From the NCBI GenBank assembly GCA_041664225.1, contig JBAYLE010000003.1, positions 15,608-79,607 on the forward strand: 64,000 nucleotides of DNA, read 5' to 3'. The stretch comes from Parcubacteria group bacterium. GTDB lineage: Bacteria > Patescibacteriota > Minisyncoccia > Moranbacterales > UBA2206. Numbering within the stretch: position 1 is the stretch's first letter; the number at the start of each line of letters is the position of its first letter. The notes beneath the pieces are model-generated. The model was not told the DNA's origin. It saw only the letters and a list, made by a program, of their open reading frames with translations, and made no database searches. The translations under genes and the position numbers were made by a program. Of this stretch, positions 28,056 through 36,754 are shown in pieces.

Positions 28056-28235
28056 ATCGAGCATGTGAAATATTCTATTCAAATTCAAGAGAGTGAACGT
28101 TAAAAAAGTTGCTGGTCCGCCTCGGGGCAACCAGCAACTTTTAGTGAACGAGCGCGGAATTTGTTAGAATATTTCACCTGCTCGGACTTTTCTTTGGTTG
28201 CTTTTCTTTTCCTAGAAAAGAAAAGCAAGAAGCGG
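28056..28235 (+). repeat. Copy A of a ~150-200 nt structured repeat family (conserved loops, covarying stems)
   Basis: Shares atcgagcatgt(g/a)aaatat, gcgttaagaaa, the ggtccgcctcggggcaacc loop, acttttagtgaa, aatttgttag, cctgctcggacttttcttt and the ttttcctagaaaagaaaag hairpin with copies at 53323 and 52135. Confidence 0.7.
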
Positions 28236-28298
28236 TAATTTCCAAATTCTTCGACGTTTTTGCGTGGCTTATATTAGCCAAAAATAGCAATATTATCC

Positions 28299-29282
28299 TT
28301 AAACAAGGCTCCCCAGCCTTTTTTTGAATTTCTCAAATACTTGCGGGCCCTGCGGCTCCGGCAAGAAAACCAGCATTTCTTCGTTAGCGACAACCATACT
28401 CCCAGTTTTGTGCGTCCGCGGGTCCCTGGCAATTCTTTCGGTCTGCCATTTTTTCAAAAATTCTTCGATAAAGTTGAAGCTCAAAAACGCTTCTCCGACC
28501 AGACGCGAGCGGTAAGTTAAAAATGCTTCCTTCAAAAATCTTAGATTGGAAATTTCGTCAGGGTGAAAATTTGGCTTATATTTTTTCATCCACTCATTCG
28601 CCTTCTGAAATTTTTGAAAATTATGCCAGCCAAAAATCGGGAAAATAAAGGAATATTCTGAAGCAGAAAACAAATCTTTTAGATTGATCTCTAAAGATTC
28701 AGTGGTAATGAAATAATTCAAACAAATCCGGTTGGCGATTTTGTCTCCATGCCGTCGGCGGCCCAGTAGATGGACCATTCCAGTTACCAGAGTCCGGCCT
28801 GTAAAAATTTTCCCGTGCTTGAGAACAATCAGCAGATCCAGATCGCTCAAACTTTCAGTATTTTTCATTGCCAGGCTCCCCGTTACCGCGATCATCCGCA
28901 CAAACGGCACAAAACGCAACCATTTGGCGACTCCCAGCGCAATTTTCAGCTTGTTGTTCGCGATTTTGTTTTTTTCAAGCCTTTTTTCGACCAAATAATT
29001 TCTGCCTTTCAAAAAATAAAATCCGCGATATTCTTCAACAAATCTTTTGATCCGATCGCTTCCCAGTTCAATTATGACGTCAGACAAAGAAAATATATTA
29101 TCTTCCTTGTCGACTCCATTGGCAACTCGCGTCAAATATTTCCAAACCTCGAAGCTCGTCATAGGATAATCCATGGCGTCATAATAAGCAACCGTCGAGA
29201 GAATATTTTTTTGGAGTTCAGCGCTTGACCCCGCGCCAACTTGACGTTTTTCAAGTATTGAATTTTTTTCTATGAATTTCAT
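28299..29282 (-). CDS. Nucleotidyltransferase-domain protein (Pol-beta NTase superfamily), function unknown
   Basis: GSLAMKNTESLSDLDLLIV matches the G[GS]-x9-13-DxD NTase motif. ~125-aa N-terminal and ~100-aa C-terminal extensions not recognised. Confidence 0.45.
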   Translation of the reverse strand: MKFIEKNSILEKRQVGAGSSAELQKNILSTVAYYDAMDYPMTSFEVWKYLTRVANGVDKEDNIFSLSDVIIELGSDRIKRFVEEYRGFYFLKGRNYLVEKRLEKNKIANNKLKIALGVAKWLRFVPFVRMIAVTGSLAMKNTESLSDLDLLIVLKHGKIFTGRTLVTGMVHLLGRRRHGDKIANRICLNYFITTESLEINLKDLFSASEYSFIFPIFGWHNFQKFQKANEWMKKYKPNFHPDEISNLRFLKEAFLTYRSRLVGEAFLSFNFIEEFLKKWQTERIARDPRTHKTGSMVVANEEMLVFLPEPQGPQVFEKFKKRLGSLV

Positions 29283-29302
29283 AATCAGTTTGAGCCGGTT
29301 TT

Positions 29303-30499
29303 TTAAGACAACTTATTTTTAAAATCAGCGTAGCCAAATTTTTTTACGAGACGAAATTTACCTGATGATTTTCTAAGAAAAATCGACGGCAACCGAATTC
29401 CATTGAAAGTATTAGTTTTAACCATAGTATAAATCGCCATATTTAAAAATATCATTTTATCGCCAATCGCCAATTTCTTTTTAAAGGTATAGTTGCCGAT
29501 TACGTCCCCCGCCAAGCAACTCGGTCCGCCCAAACGATAAACGTGGGGGTATTTTTTGCCTGTATCCGCGCCTATAATTGTCGGCTTATACGGCATTTCA
29601 AGGATATCCGGCACATGTGTGGCTGGAGAAACGTCCAGAATAGCAATGTCCATGCCATTATTTATAATATCCGCAACCGACCCCACTAAAACTCCGGCAT
29701 TAAGCGCCACTGCTTCACCCGGTTCCAAATAGACTTTCAAATGAGGGTGCCGCTTTTTAAAATCCTTGATTGTTTTAATCAGCAAATTAATCTTATAATC
29801 CTTGCGCACAATATGGTGACCGCCGCCAAAGTTTACCCATTTCATTTTCGGTAAAAATTTTCCAAACTTTTCCTCGAACACTTTGAGAGTCCGCACCATC
29901 GCATCAGCGTTCAGCTGGCAAAGATTGTGATAATGCAAGCCGTCCAAGCCATCCAGTTCTCCCTCCTCGAATTTTTTTCTGACTACTCCCAACCGAGAAT
30001 TCGGTCCGCAAGGATCATACATTGGTGTCTTGGTTTCGCAATGTTCAGGATTGATACGCAAGCCGCAGGACACCATCTTCTTGCTTTTTAAAATTAGCGG
30101 TCGGATTCTTTTCCACTGAGAAAAAGAATTGAAAATCAGATGGTCCGAATATTTTATGTATCCGGCAATATTTTTTTCCGTATAAGCCGGTGAAAAAGTA
30201 TGCGTTTCGCCGCCGAATTCTTCGTGGCCTAATCGCGCTTCGTCAATAGAGCTGGCTTCTGTTCCAGGTAAATATTTTTTTATCAGCGGAAAAACACTAA
30301 ACATGGAAAATCCTTTCAGGGCCAGTAAAACTTTACAGCCAGCTTGCTTCTGGACTCTGCCTAATATTTTCAAATTGCGCTCTAAAACTTTTTCATCCAC
30401 CACAAAACATGGTGTTTCTAGATTTGCGAAATCTTCCGCTTTCCATCCAACTTCAGTGCTCCAAGATTCGATTGACGGCTCTCCGTTTGGGTTGGACAT
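29303..30499 (-). CDS. nspC: Carboxy(nor)spermidine decarboxylase
   Basis: Collinear similarity with NspC recalled from memory (KVLLALKGF, YLEPGEA, GGPSCLAGDV, TMVKTNTFNGIRLP); PLP-dependent fold-III decarboxylase. Confidence 0.8.
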   Translation of the reverse strand: MSNPNGEPSIESWSTEVGWKAEDFANLETPCFVVDEKVLERNLKILGRVQKQAGCKVLLALKGFSMFSVFPLIKKYLPGTEASSIDEARLGHEEFGGETHTFSPAYTEKNIAGYIKYSDHLIFNSFSQWKRIRPLILKSKKMVSCGLRINPEHCETKTPMYDPCGPNSRLGVVRKKFEEGELDGLDGLHYHNLCQLNADAMVRTLKVFEEKFGKFLPKMKWVNFGGGHHIVRKDYKINLLIKTIKDFKKRHPHLKVYLEPGEAVALNAGVLVGSVADIINNGMDIAILDVSPATHVPDILEMPYKPTIIGADTGKKYPHVYRLGGPSCLAGDVIGNYTFKKKLAIGDKMIFLNMAIYTMVKTNTFNGIRLPSIFLRKSSGKFRLVKKFGYADFKNKLS

Positions 30500-30513
30500 A
30501 TATGATTAAATTA

Positions 30514-31764
30514 TTAATAATTTTTCTTCAGAGCAGCCGGCAAATCCGGAAGCTCTTTTATTGTCCAATTCAAACCGACTTTGGCCATTTCTTCTAAAAA
30601 TATTTTTGAATCCAAAGATTTATCTTCGGGAACTTTCACGCCACTGCCTGCCCATTTGCCCTCCAACACCAACTTGGCGCAAGCAACCGTTGGAATGGCA
30701 GTGGTATAACCGATAGCGTTGCCGCCGGTTTCTAAAAAGGCCTGATGATGATCGCAGACATTGTATATATAAACCACCTTTTTCTTTCCATTCTTGATCC
30801 CAGAAATAATATTGCCAATGTTGGTTTTGCCTTTATAACCCTTATTAAAATCTTCGCCGGTAGGCAAAATCGCCTTCAAAAATTTCACCGGAATAACCGA
30901 GTGGCCATTGTATTTGACCGGATCAATTCTAGTCATGCCAACATCAAACAATACCCTTAAATAGGTAAGATAAGCCGGTGAAAAGGTCATCCAAAATCTA
31001 ATTCTTTTGAGGCCGGGAATACGATGGATTAAGGTTTGTAGTTCTTCATGAGACATCAGATACGGAGTAAACTTACCGGTCTGGGGAAAATCAAACTCAA
31101 AGAAAGCCGCATTTTCATCGATCAATTGTCCGCGTTTCTGCCACTTGCCGTTTTGCCAAAATTCAATCGGCAAAATTAGTTCGCGCAAATTGATTTCCGG
31201 GTTGAAATTGGGAGCAAATTTTATTTTTTTATCTTTTGACCCGCCATTGCAGTCAATAATGTCAATGGTTTCAATTTTGTCAAAAATATAATCGCGCGCG
31301 TAAGCAGAGAAAATGTTGGTAACTCCCGGGTCAAATCCCATGCCCGCGATCGCCAACAGTCCTTTTTTCTTGAAATCTTTATTTTTGGCAAATTGCAATT
31401 TATATGATAAGCCATACTTTTTCGGATCTTCATAACAACAGGTGTCAATATATTTTACGCCCAATTTCAAACAAGCATCCATAATAACTAGATTGTCGTA
31501 AGACAACCCCCAGTGTATCAACATCTTAGGCTTCACCTTTTTCAGAAGATCAAATATAAATTTTTTATTGCCAACGTCTCCCGTGTGCACAGTTAACTTT
31601 ACTTTGCCACGCGTTTTTTTAAAAACTGAAGCTTTAACCGCTTCGCATTTTTTAGCGGTCCGGCTGACCACATGGATGTCGGAAAAAACTTTAGGATATT
31701 GAGCCATTTTATGCAAGCCGACAATGCCCACATTGCCACAGCCAATCACTAAAACTCTTGACAT
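30514..31764 (-). CDS. Carboxy(nor)spermidine dehydrogenase/synthase (saccharopine-dehydrogenase-like)
   Basis: N-terminal Rossmann VLVIGCGNVG, AGMGFDPGVTNIF, central and C-terminal blocks as in CANSDH; adjacent to nspC. Confidence 0.75.
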   Translation of the reverse strand: MSRVLVIGCGNVGIVGLHKMAQYPKVFSDIHVVSRTAKKCEAVKASVFKKTRGKVKLTVHTGDVGNKKFIFDLLKKVKPKMLIHWGLSYDNLVIMDACLKLGVKYIDTCCYEDPKKYGLSYKLQFAKNKDFKKKGLLAIAGMGFDPGVTNIFSAYARDYIFDKIETIDIIDCNGGSKDKKIKFAPNFNPEINLRELILPIEFWQNGKWQKRGQLIDENAAFFEFDFPQTGKFTPYLMSHEELQTLIHRIPGLKRIRFWMTFSPAYLTYLRVLFDVGMTRIDPVKYNGHSVIPVKFLKAILPTGEDFNKGYKGKTNIGNIISGIKNGKKKVVYIYNVCDHHQAFLETGGNAIGYTTAIPTVACAKLVLEGKWAGSGVKVPEDKSLDSKIFLEEMAKVGLNWTIKELPDLPAALKKNY

Positions 31765-31872
31765 AATTGTTTATTAAAATAATTGATTAGAAAAACTATT
31801 AAAAGTAATAAAATTTTACTATCCACTTAACCACCTGTCAATCAACTGTGCGACAAAAGACTTTTTTATTGT

Positions 31873-31930
31873 CAGACGAAGCGAGAGAAATAAAAATTTA
31901 TTTTTATTTTCAAACGAGTGCTGACAACAT
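31873..31930. repeat. Hairpin-bounded ~60-80 nt element, copy 1 (ttgtcag...agcgagagaaata...cgagtgctgacaaca)
   Basis: Near-identical ends shared with 55470-55548; termini ttgtcag/ctgacaa are inverted. Confidence 0.55.
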
Positions 31931-31942
31931 AATTTTCAAAAA

Positions 31943-34816
31943 TCAAAGATACTTCCCCGTCCAACTCCTTTTGCATTTTTTCAATTTGTCCGGTGTGCCG
32001 GCATAAACCACTTCGCCGCCCTTGTCCCCGCCTTCCGGCCCCAAATCAACCACCCAATCGGAATTGCGGATAACATCGACATTGTGTTCGACAACTAAAA
32101 CCGAATTGCCTTTTTCCACTAGTGCGTCCAAAACTTTCAGAAGTCTTTTCACATCGTCAAAATGCAAACCGATGGTTGGTTCGTCCAGAATATATAGGGT
32201 CTTGCCTGTGGATTTACGAGCCAGTTCCGTCGCCAACTTTATCCGCTGTGCCTCACCGCCAGAAAGATTGGTGGCGCTTTGGCCCAAACGCAGATATCCT
32301 AAGCCCACGTCTTCCAGAGTTTGCAATTTTTCCACGATTAGCGCGGATTTTTTGAAAAACCGTAAGGCGTAGGACACGCTCATATCCAAAACTTCAGCGA
32401 TATTCACGCCCTGATATTCAATGTCCAAAGTTTTTTGATTGTATCTGGTTCCATTACAGGCCTCACATTTAACATACATGTCCGGCAAAAGATGCATTTC
32501 GATTTTTTTGGTGCCATCGCCCTGGCAGACTTCGCAGCGCCCGCCCTTCATGTTGAAACTAAAGCGACTCGGAGCATAGCCCCGGCTTTTGGATTCTTCC
32601 GTATTCGCAAAAATATCCCGAATCAGTGAGAAAACCCCGGTATACGTAGCTGCGTTTGAACGCGGCGTTCTGCCGATCGGCGCCTGATCGATATTGATAA
32701 CTTTGTCGACATTATCCAGCCCCCTGACTCTTTTATGCAAGCCTGGCATTGCCTTGGCGCCAAAAAAGTACTTAGATAAAACTTTAGCCAGAATATCAGA
32801 AACCAGGGTCGATTTGCCCGATCCGGAAACACCAGTCATCGCCACAAATTTACCCAGTGGAATTTCTACATCGATATTTTTCAAGTTATGTTCCTGGGCT
32901 CCTATAATTTCGATAGACTTTTTATTGCCTTTGCGGAAACTTTTTTTCTCCGCCACTTTCTTCTTGCCAGTCAGATATTCCGCCGTGGACGTTTTTGATT
33001 TTAAGAGTTTTGCGAAATCGCCCTGAAAAATGACTTGACCGCCTTCCTCACCAGCTCCGGGACCCATATCAATGATCCAGTCAGCTTGGCGGATAATGTC
33101 CGCATCATGTTCAACCACAATCATTGAATTTCCTGCGTCTTTCAAGGCCTGCATAGTATTTATCAGCTTTTCGGTGTCGCGGTTATGGAGTCCGATCGAT
33201 GGCTCGTCCAAAACATAAGTGATGCCCATCAGTTCCGATCCGATCTGAGTAGCCAAACGGATCCGCTGTGCTTCACCGCCGGAAATCGAATTAGCGCCTC
33301 TGCTCAAAGATAAGTATTCCAAGCCTACATTGCAAAGAGCATCGGCTTTAAGCGCCATATCCTTGATCAATGGTTCAATTATTTTTTTCCGTCCGGGGTT
33401 CAATTCGATTTTTTTCAACTCTTCAAAGAATCCTTTCAATTTAACCAGATCCAGATGCACGACATCGTCGATGGATTTGTCAGCCACCAGCACCGATAAA
33501 TATTCTTTTTTTAATCTTTTGCCCTCACAGGCCGGACAGATTTTTTCCAGCATATACTTTTCCATATCGCCACGCACATAATCGGAAGTCGCCTCTTCAT
33601 ATTTTCGCTTGATCATAGGCAAAACACCCTCGAAAATCATTCGCACTTCCTTGACGCCCCCCATAGCATCCCGCTGCTGGATCGTAATTTCTTTCTGTTC
33701 CGGACCGTATAAAACAATCTCCAGCGCCTCTTTGGATAATTTTTTTATCGGTACATCCAAAGAAAAATCGTGTTTCCCTGCCAAGGCCCGTAAAATATTC
33801 AGATAATTTCCTTGTCCGCCTACCCGACCGTTGGATTTGCTCCATGGCAAAATCGCGCCTTCCGCCAAAGAAAGGTTTTTATTAGGCATAACCAAGTCGG
33901 CATCGACTTCTTTGGTGATACCCAAGCCGGAACAATGCGAGCAAGCACCTTCCGGATTATTAAAGGAGAAGTGTCTCGGCGTAATTTCGTTTACTCTGGT
34001 TTGACACCCATTGCAGACAAAGTCCCTATTGTACGTCCGATCCGCCTCTCCTTCTACTGAAATAATCAAAGATCCTCCGCCAACACGCAAGGCCGTCTCG
34101 ATCGAGTCCAATATTCTCTCTGTGTCCGGACTTTTAGCTTTGACTGAGAGGCGGTCAACCACTACTTCGATCTCACTTTCGATCTTGTCGCTAGCGACCA
34201 GGCTGGCTTCCGTCACCAGCATTATCTTTCCATTGAAACGGACGCGCGCGAATCCCAGCTGAGAGATACCGCGCAAATGATCCTTGTCGGTCGTCCGCCA
34301 GCTGGCGGAGCCGCTTTTTGCGGATTCTTTCGGTTTGGCCAATACGGCTATCTGCGTGTTGTCAGGCAAAGCAAAAATCTCATCTAGTATTTCCTGGTTG
34401 GTTTTTCTGAGCATCGGCGCCCCGCATTGCGGACAGTGCGGCGCTCCGATCTTGGCGAACAAAACACGGAGGTAGTCGTAGATCTCTGTCAAGGTTCCCA
34501 CGGTTGAACGCGGGCTCCTGCTTAAGCTTTTCTGGTCAATGGAAATAGTCGGACTTAGGTTTTCAATTTTGTCCACATCCGGCTTGGCACCGACATCCAA
34601 AAACTGCCGCGCGTATGATGACATACCCTCCAGATATCGGCGGTTGCCTTCCGCGTGCACCACATCAAAAGCCAATGAAGATTTACCCGATCCGGACAGC
34701 CCGGTGATCACCACTAGTTTGTCGCGCGGGATATCAATATCGATATTTTTTAAGTTATTGACCCTCGCTCCCCGGATAATAATTTTGTCCCTTTTGCAAT
34801 AAGTACCGTTCGCCAT
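31943..34816 (-). CDS. uvrA: Excinuclease ABC subunit A (full-length class I UvrA)
   Basis: Two ABC ATPase modules ([20 protein letters not shown]), zinc-finger cysteine clusters, LSGGEAQR signatures. Confidence 0.85.
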   Translation of the reverse strand: MANGTYCKRDKIIIRGARVNNLKNIDIDIPRDKLVVITGLSGSGKSSLAFDVVHAEGNRRYLEGMSSYARQFLDVGAKPDVDKIENLSPTISIDQKSLSRSPRSTVGTLTEIYDYLRVLFAKIGAPHCPQCGAPMLRKTNQEILDEIFALPDNTQIAVLAKPKESAKSGSASWRTTDKDHLRGISQLGFARVRFNGKIMLVTEASLVASDKIESEIEVVVDRLSVKAKSPDTERILDSIETALRVGGGSLIISVEGEADRTYNRDFVCNGCQTRVNEITPRHFSFNNPEGACSHCSGLGITKEVDADLVMPNKNLSLAEGAILPWSKSNGRVGGQGNYLNILRALAGKHDFSLDVPIKKLSKEALEIVLYGPEQKEITIQQRDAMGGVKEVRMIFEGVLPMIKRKYEEATSDYVRGDMEKYMLEKICPACEGKRLKKEYLSVLVADKSIDDVVHLDLVKLKGFFEELKKIELNPGRKKIIEPLIKDMALKADALCNVGLEYLSLSRGANSISGGEAQRIRLATQIGSELMGITYVLDEPSIGLHNRDTEKLINTMQALKDAGNSMIVVEHDADIIRQADWIIDMGPGAGEEGGQVIFQGDFAKLLKSKTSTAEYLTGKKKVAEKKSFRKGNKKSIEIIGAQEHNLKNIDVEIPLGKFVAMTGVSGSGKSTLVSDILAKVLSKYFFGAKAMPGLHKRVRGLDNVDKVINIDQAPIGRTPRSNAATYTGVFSLIRDIFANTEESKSRGYAPSRFSFNMKGGRCEVCQGDGTKKIEMHLLPDMYVKCEACNGTRYNQKTLDIEYQGVNIAEVLDMSVSYALRFFKKSALIVEKLQTLEDVGLGYLRLGQSATNLSGGEAQRIKLATELARKSTGKTLYILDEPTIGLHFDDVKRLLKVLDALVEKGNSVLVVEHNVDVIRNSDWVVDLGPEGGDKGGEVVYAGTPDKLKKCKRSWTGKYL

Positions 34817-34882
34817 GCTTATAAACTAAGAAGTTAAATGCTAGTTATAAATTGTAAAGTACTTTTGGGGGTTTGTAAAGGG

Positions 34883-36235
34883 CTAGCTAAGCAGGTTCTT
34901 TCTGCGAAGTTTTTTGTGATATGTTATCGCAAACCGATGCGCTTCATCCATAATCCGCTTGATCAAATTTTTGTCATTGATAATGTTTTTTAAATTTGAA
35001 AATTTAGGAATTGAAAATTGATTGAAAATTGAAAATTGAAAATTGAGATTTTTGCGAGACTTTCCTTTGGCAATGGTAACCATTGGCATCTCTAAATTTA
35101 ATTCCTGCAATAATCTTTCAGCCATAAAAAGGTGCCCTTTCCCTCCATCCAACAAAATTAAATCTGGTTGCGGCCAATCATTTTGAAAACGGCGCAACAA
35201 AACTTCGCGCATCATACCCACATCATCTGTGCCTTCAACTGTTTTGATTTTAAATTTACGATACTGCGACTTGTCCGGTTCATTATTTTTGAAAACTACC
35301 ATCGAACCCACCGCATGAGCACCGGAAATGTTGGAAATATCATAAGCTTCAATTCTTATTGTTTCGGATTTTTGATTTATGATTTCTAATTTCTCATCGC
35401 TCGCGATGAGCGCCACATCACGGATGTGCTTCAGCGCAAAAACTTTATTCCTAGCGTCCGCTGCTTTTTCAAATTCATTATTTTTCGCGTAATTTTTCAT
35501 TTCTGTCTCTAGTTTTTTTATTAATCCTTTTTTTCGGCCTTCCAAAATCATTCTGATTCCACGAATATTTTTCATGTAATCCGCTTTAGAAATGGCGCCG
35601 GCATACGGCCCCGGACATCTGCCAATTTGAAAATCCAAACAGCCCCTCTCTGTTTTTTGATTATTGCTATGGAATGGAAAAATTTTTCGCAAAATTTTCA
35701 GCGCAATTTCCATTTGCTTTTTGGAAGTATAAGGACCAAAGGTCTTTGCAACCCTGACCCCCCTCTCCCTTTTTAGGGAGAGGGGCTGGGGGTGAGGGGG
35801 CAGATCCGTCGCTCTCAAAATCAGTACCCTCGGAAAATCTTCCTTAGTTATAACGAAATATGAAAATGACTTATCATCTTTCCCCATCGCGTTATACTTC
35901 GGCTGGAGTTTTTTGATCAGTTGCGCTTCCAAAATCAACGCCTCCAAAACCGAATCAGTTTCTCTCACTTCGATATCCGCAATCTGATCAATTGCATACT
36001 CGATCGGCCGATCCAAATTCCGCGCCGTAGCGTGTCGAAGCTTGGTGTCTTTTGGTCGTTTTGGTCGAGAGACACCGAGCTTCTTATCCGTAAGCGGCGT
36101 AGAAAAATACGACCCGACCCGGCTCCGCAAATTAGTCGCCTTCCCCACATACAAAACATCCCCGGCTTTATCCTTGAAAATATACACGCCAGGATTTTTG
36201 GGCAGCTTTAATATCTTAATTTTTAGGCTTGACAT
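34883..36235 (-). CDS. uvrC: Excinuclease ABC subunit C, short form (450 aa), carrying several in-frame repeat insertions
   Basis: N-terminal GIY-YIG (GVYIFKDKAGDVLYVGKATNLRSR), UVR domain, C-terminal endonuclease domain (AYDISN). Confidence 0.75.
   Translation of the reverse strand: MSSLKIKILKLPKNPGVYIFKDKAGDVLYVGKATNLRSRVGSYFSTPLTDKKLGVSRPKRPKDTKLRHATARNLDRPIEYAIDQIADIEVRETDSVLEALILEAQLIKKLQPKYNAMGKDDKSFSYFVITKEDFPRVLILRATDLPPHPQPLSLKRERGVRVAKTFGPYTSKKQMEIALKILRKIFPFHSNNQKTERGCLDFQIGRCPGPYAGAISKADYMKNIRGIRMILEGRKKGLIKKLETEMKNYAKNNEFEKAADARNKVFALKHIRDVALIASDEKLEIINQKSETIRIEAYDISNISGAHAVGSMVVFKNNEPDKSQYRKFKIKTVEGTDDVGMMREVLLRRFQNDWPQPDLILLDGGKGHLFMAERLLQELNLEMPMVTIAKGKSRKNLNFQFSIFNQFSIPKFSNLKNIINDKNLIKRIMDEAHRFAITYHKKLRRKNLLS
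34985..35050. repeat. GAAAATT heptamer tandem array inside the uvrC coding frame
   Basis: ggaattgaaaattgattgaaaattgaaaattgaaaattgag is nearly identical to the reverse complement of the array at 1760-1800; translated as NLNFQFSIFNQFSIPKF. Confidence 0.7.
35745..35791. repeat. Palindromic G/C-rich mini-insertion inside uvrC (in-frame)
   Basis: ccctctccctttttagggagagggg hairpin plus ctgggggtgagggggc; locally GC-rich; encodes LPPHPQPLSLKRERG. Confidence 0.55.
36038..36083. repeat. Palindromic mini-insertion with core cttttggtcgttttggtcgaga inside uvrC (in-frame)
   Basis: gaagcttggtgtc [ttttggtcgttttggtcgaga] gacaccgagcttc; same core as the element in uvrA2 at 38890-38944. Confidence 0.65.
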
Positions 36236-36275
36236 CGGCTAAATTATATGCTAAAAGATATTATACACAAATAAA

Positions 36276-36710
36276 TTGTTAAAACAGGAGGTTATAATGA
36301 TAGGTTTAGCTATAGCTCTTTTTATTTTCGTTTGGTTGGATATGAAGTATATTTACGAGGACGGTAATAATACTATTACCGCTGCACATGTAGCAGCCAA
36401 GTTTCTGTTTGTATGGTATTTGGTTCTTGGCCCGATTATGTTTGCCGGTACATTTCTCGTTACCGGGCTAGACTCCGCCAAGGTCAGCCACGTGGCTACT
36501 TATTATCCCATGCCTTCACTGATTGACAAAAATGTTCTATTGACTTTGTTTTTTGCTTATGTCGTCAGATCGGCACTCGGTATTTTTGGTGCCTATCTGA
36601 TAAAAACTGCAACGTTTCCTCCAAAAACAACCCTCGAGGGATTGGACGCTAAGAAGATTATCACCGGCTTGGTTTTAATTTTCGGAGGAATCTTCGTAGG
36701 ATTATTCTAA
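36276..36710 (+). CDS. Hypothetical 4-TM membrane protein
   Basis: ORF with four hydrophobic helices between uvrC and uvrA2. Confidence 0.4.
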   Translation: MLKQEVIMIGLAIALFIFVWLDMKYIYEDGNNTITAAHVAAKFLFVWYLVLGPIMFAGTFLVTGLDSAKVSHVATYYPMPSLIDKNVLLTLFFAYVVRSALGIFGAYLIKTATFPPKTTLEGLDAKKIITGLVLIFGGIFVGLF

Positions 36711-36754
36711 AGTTTGATACCAATTAACGTCAGAATAGAAGATATTCTGACGTC

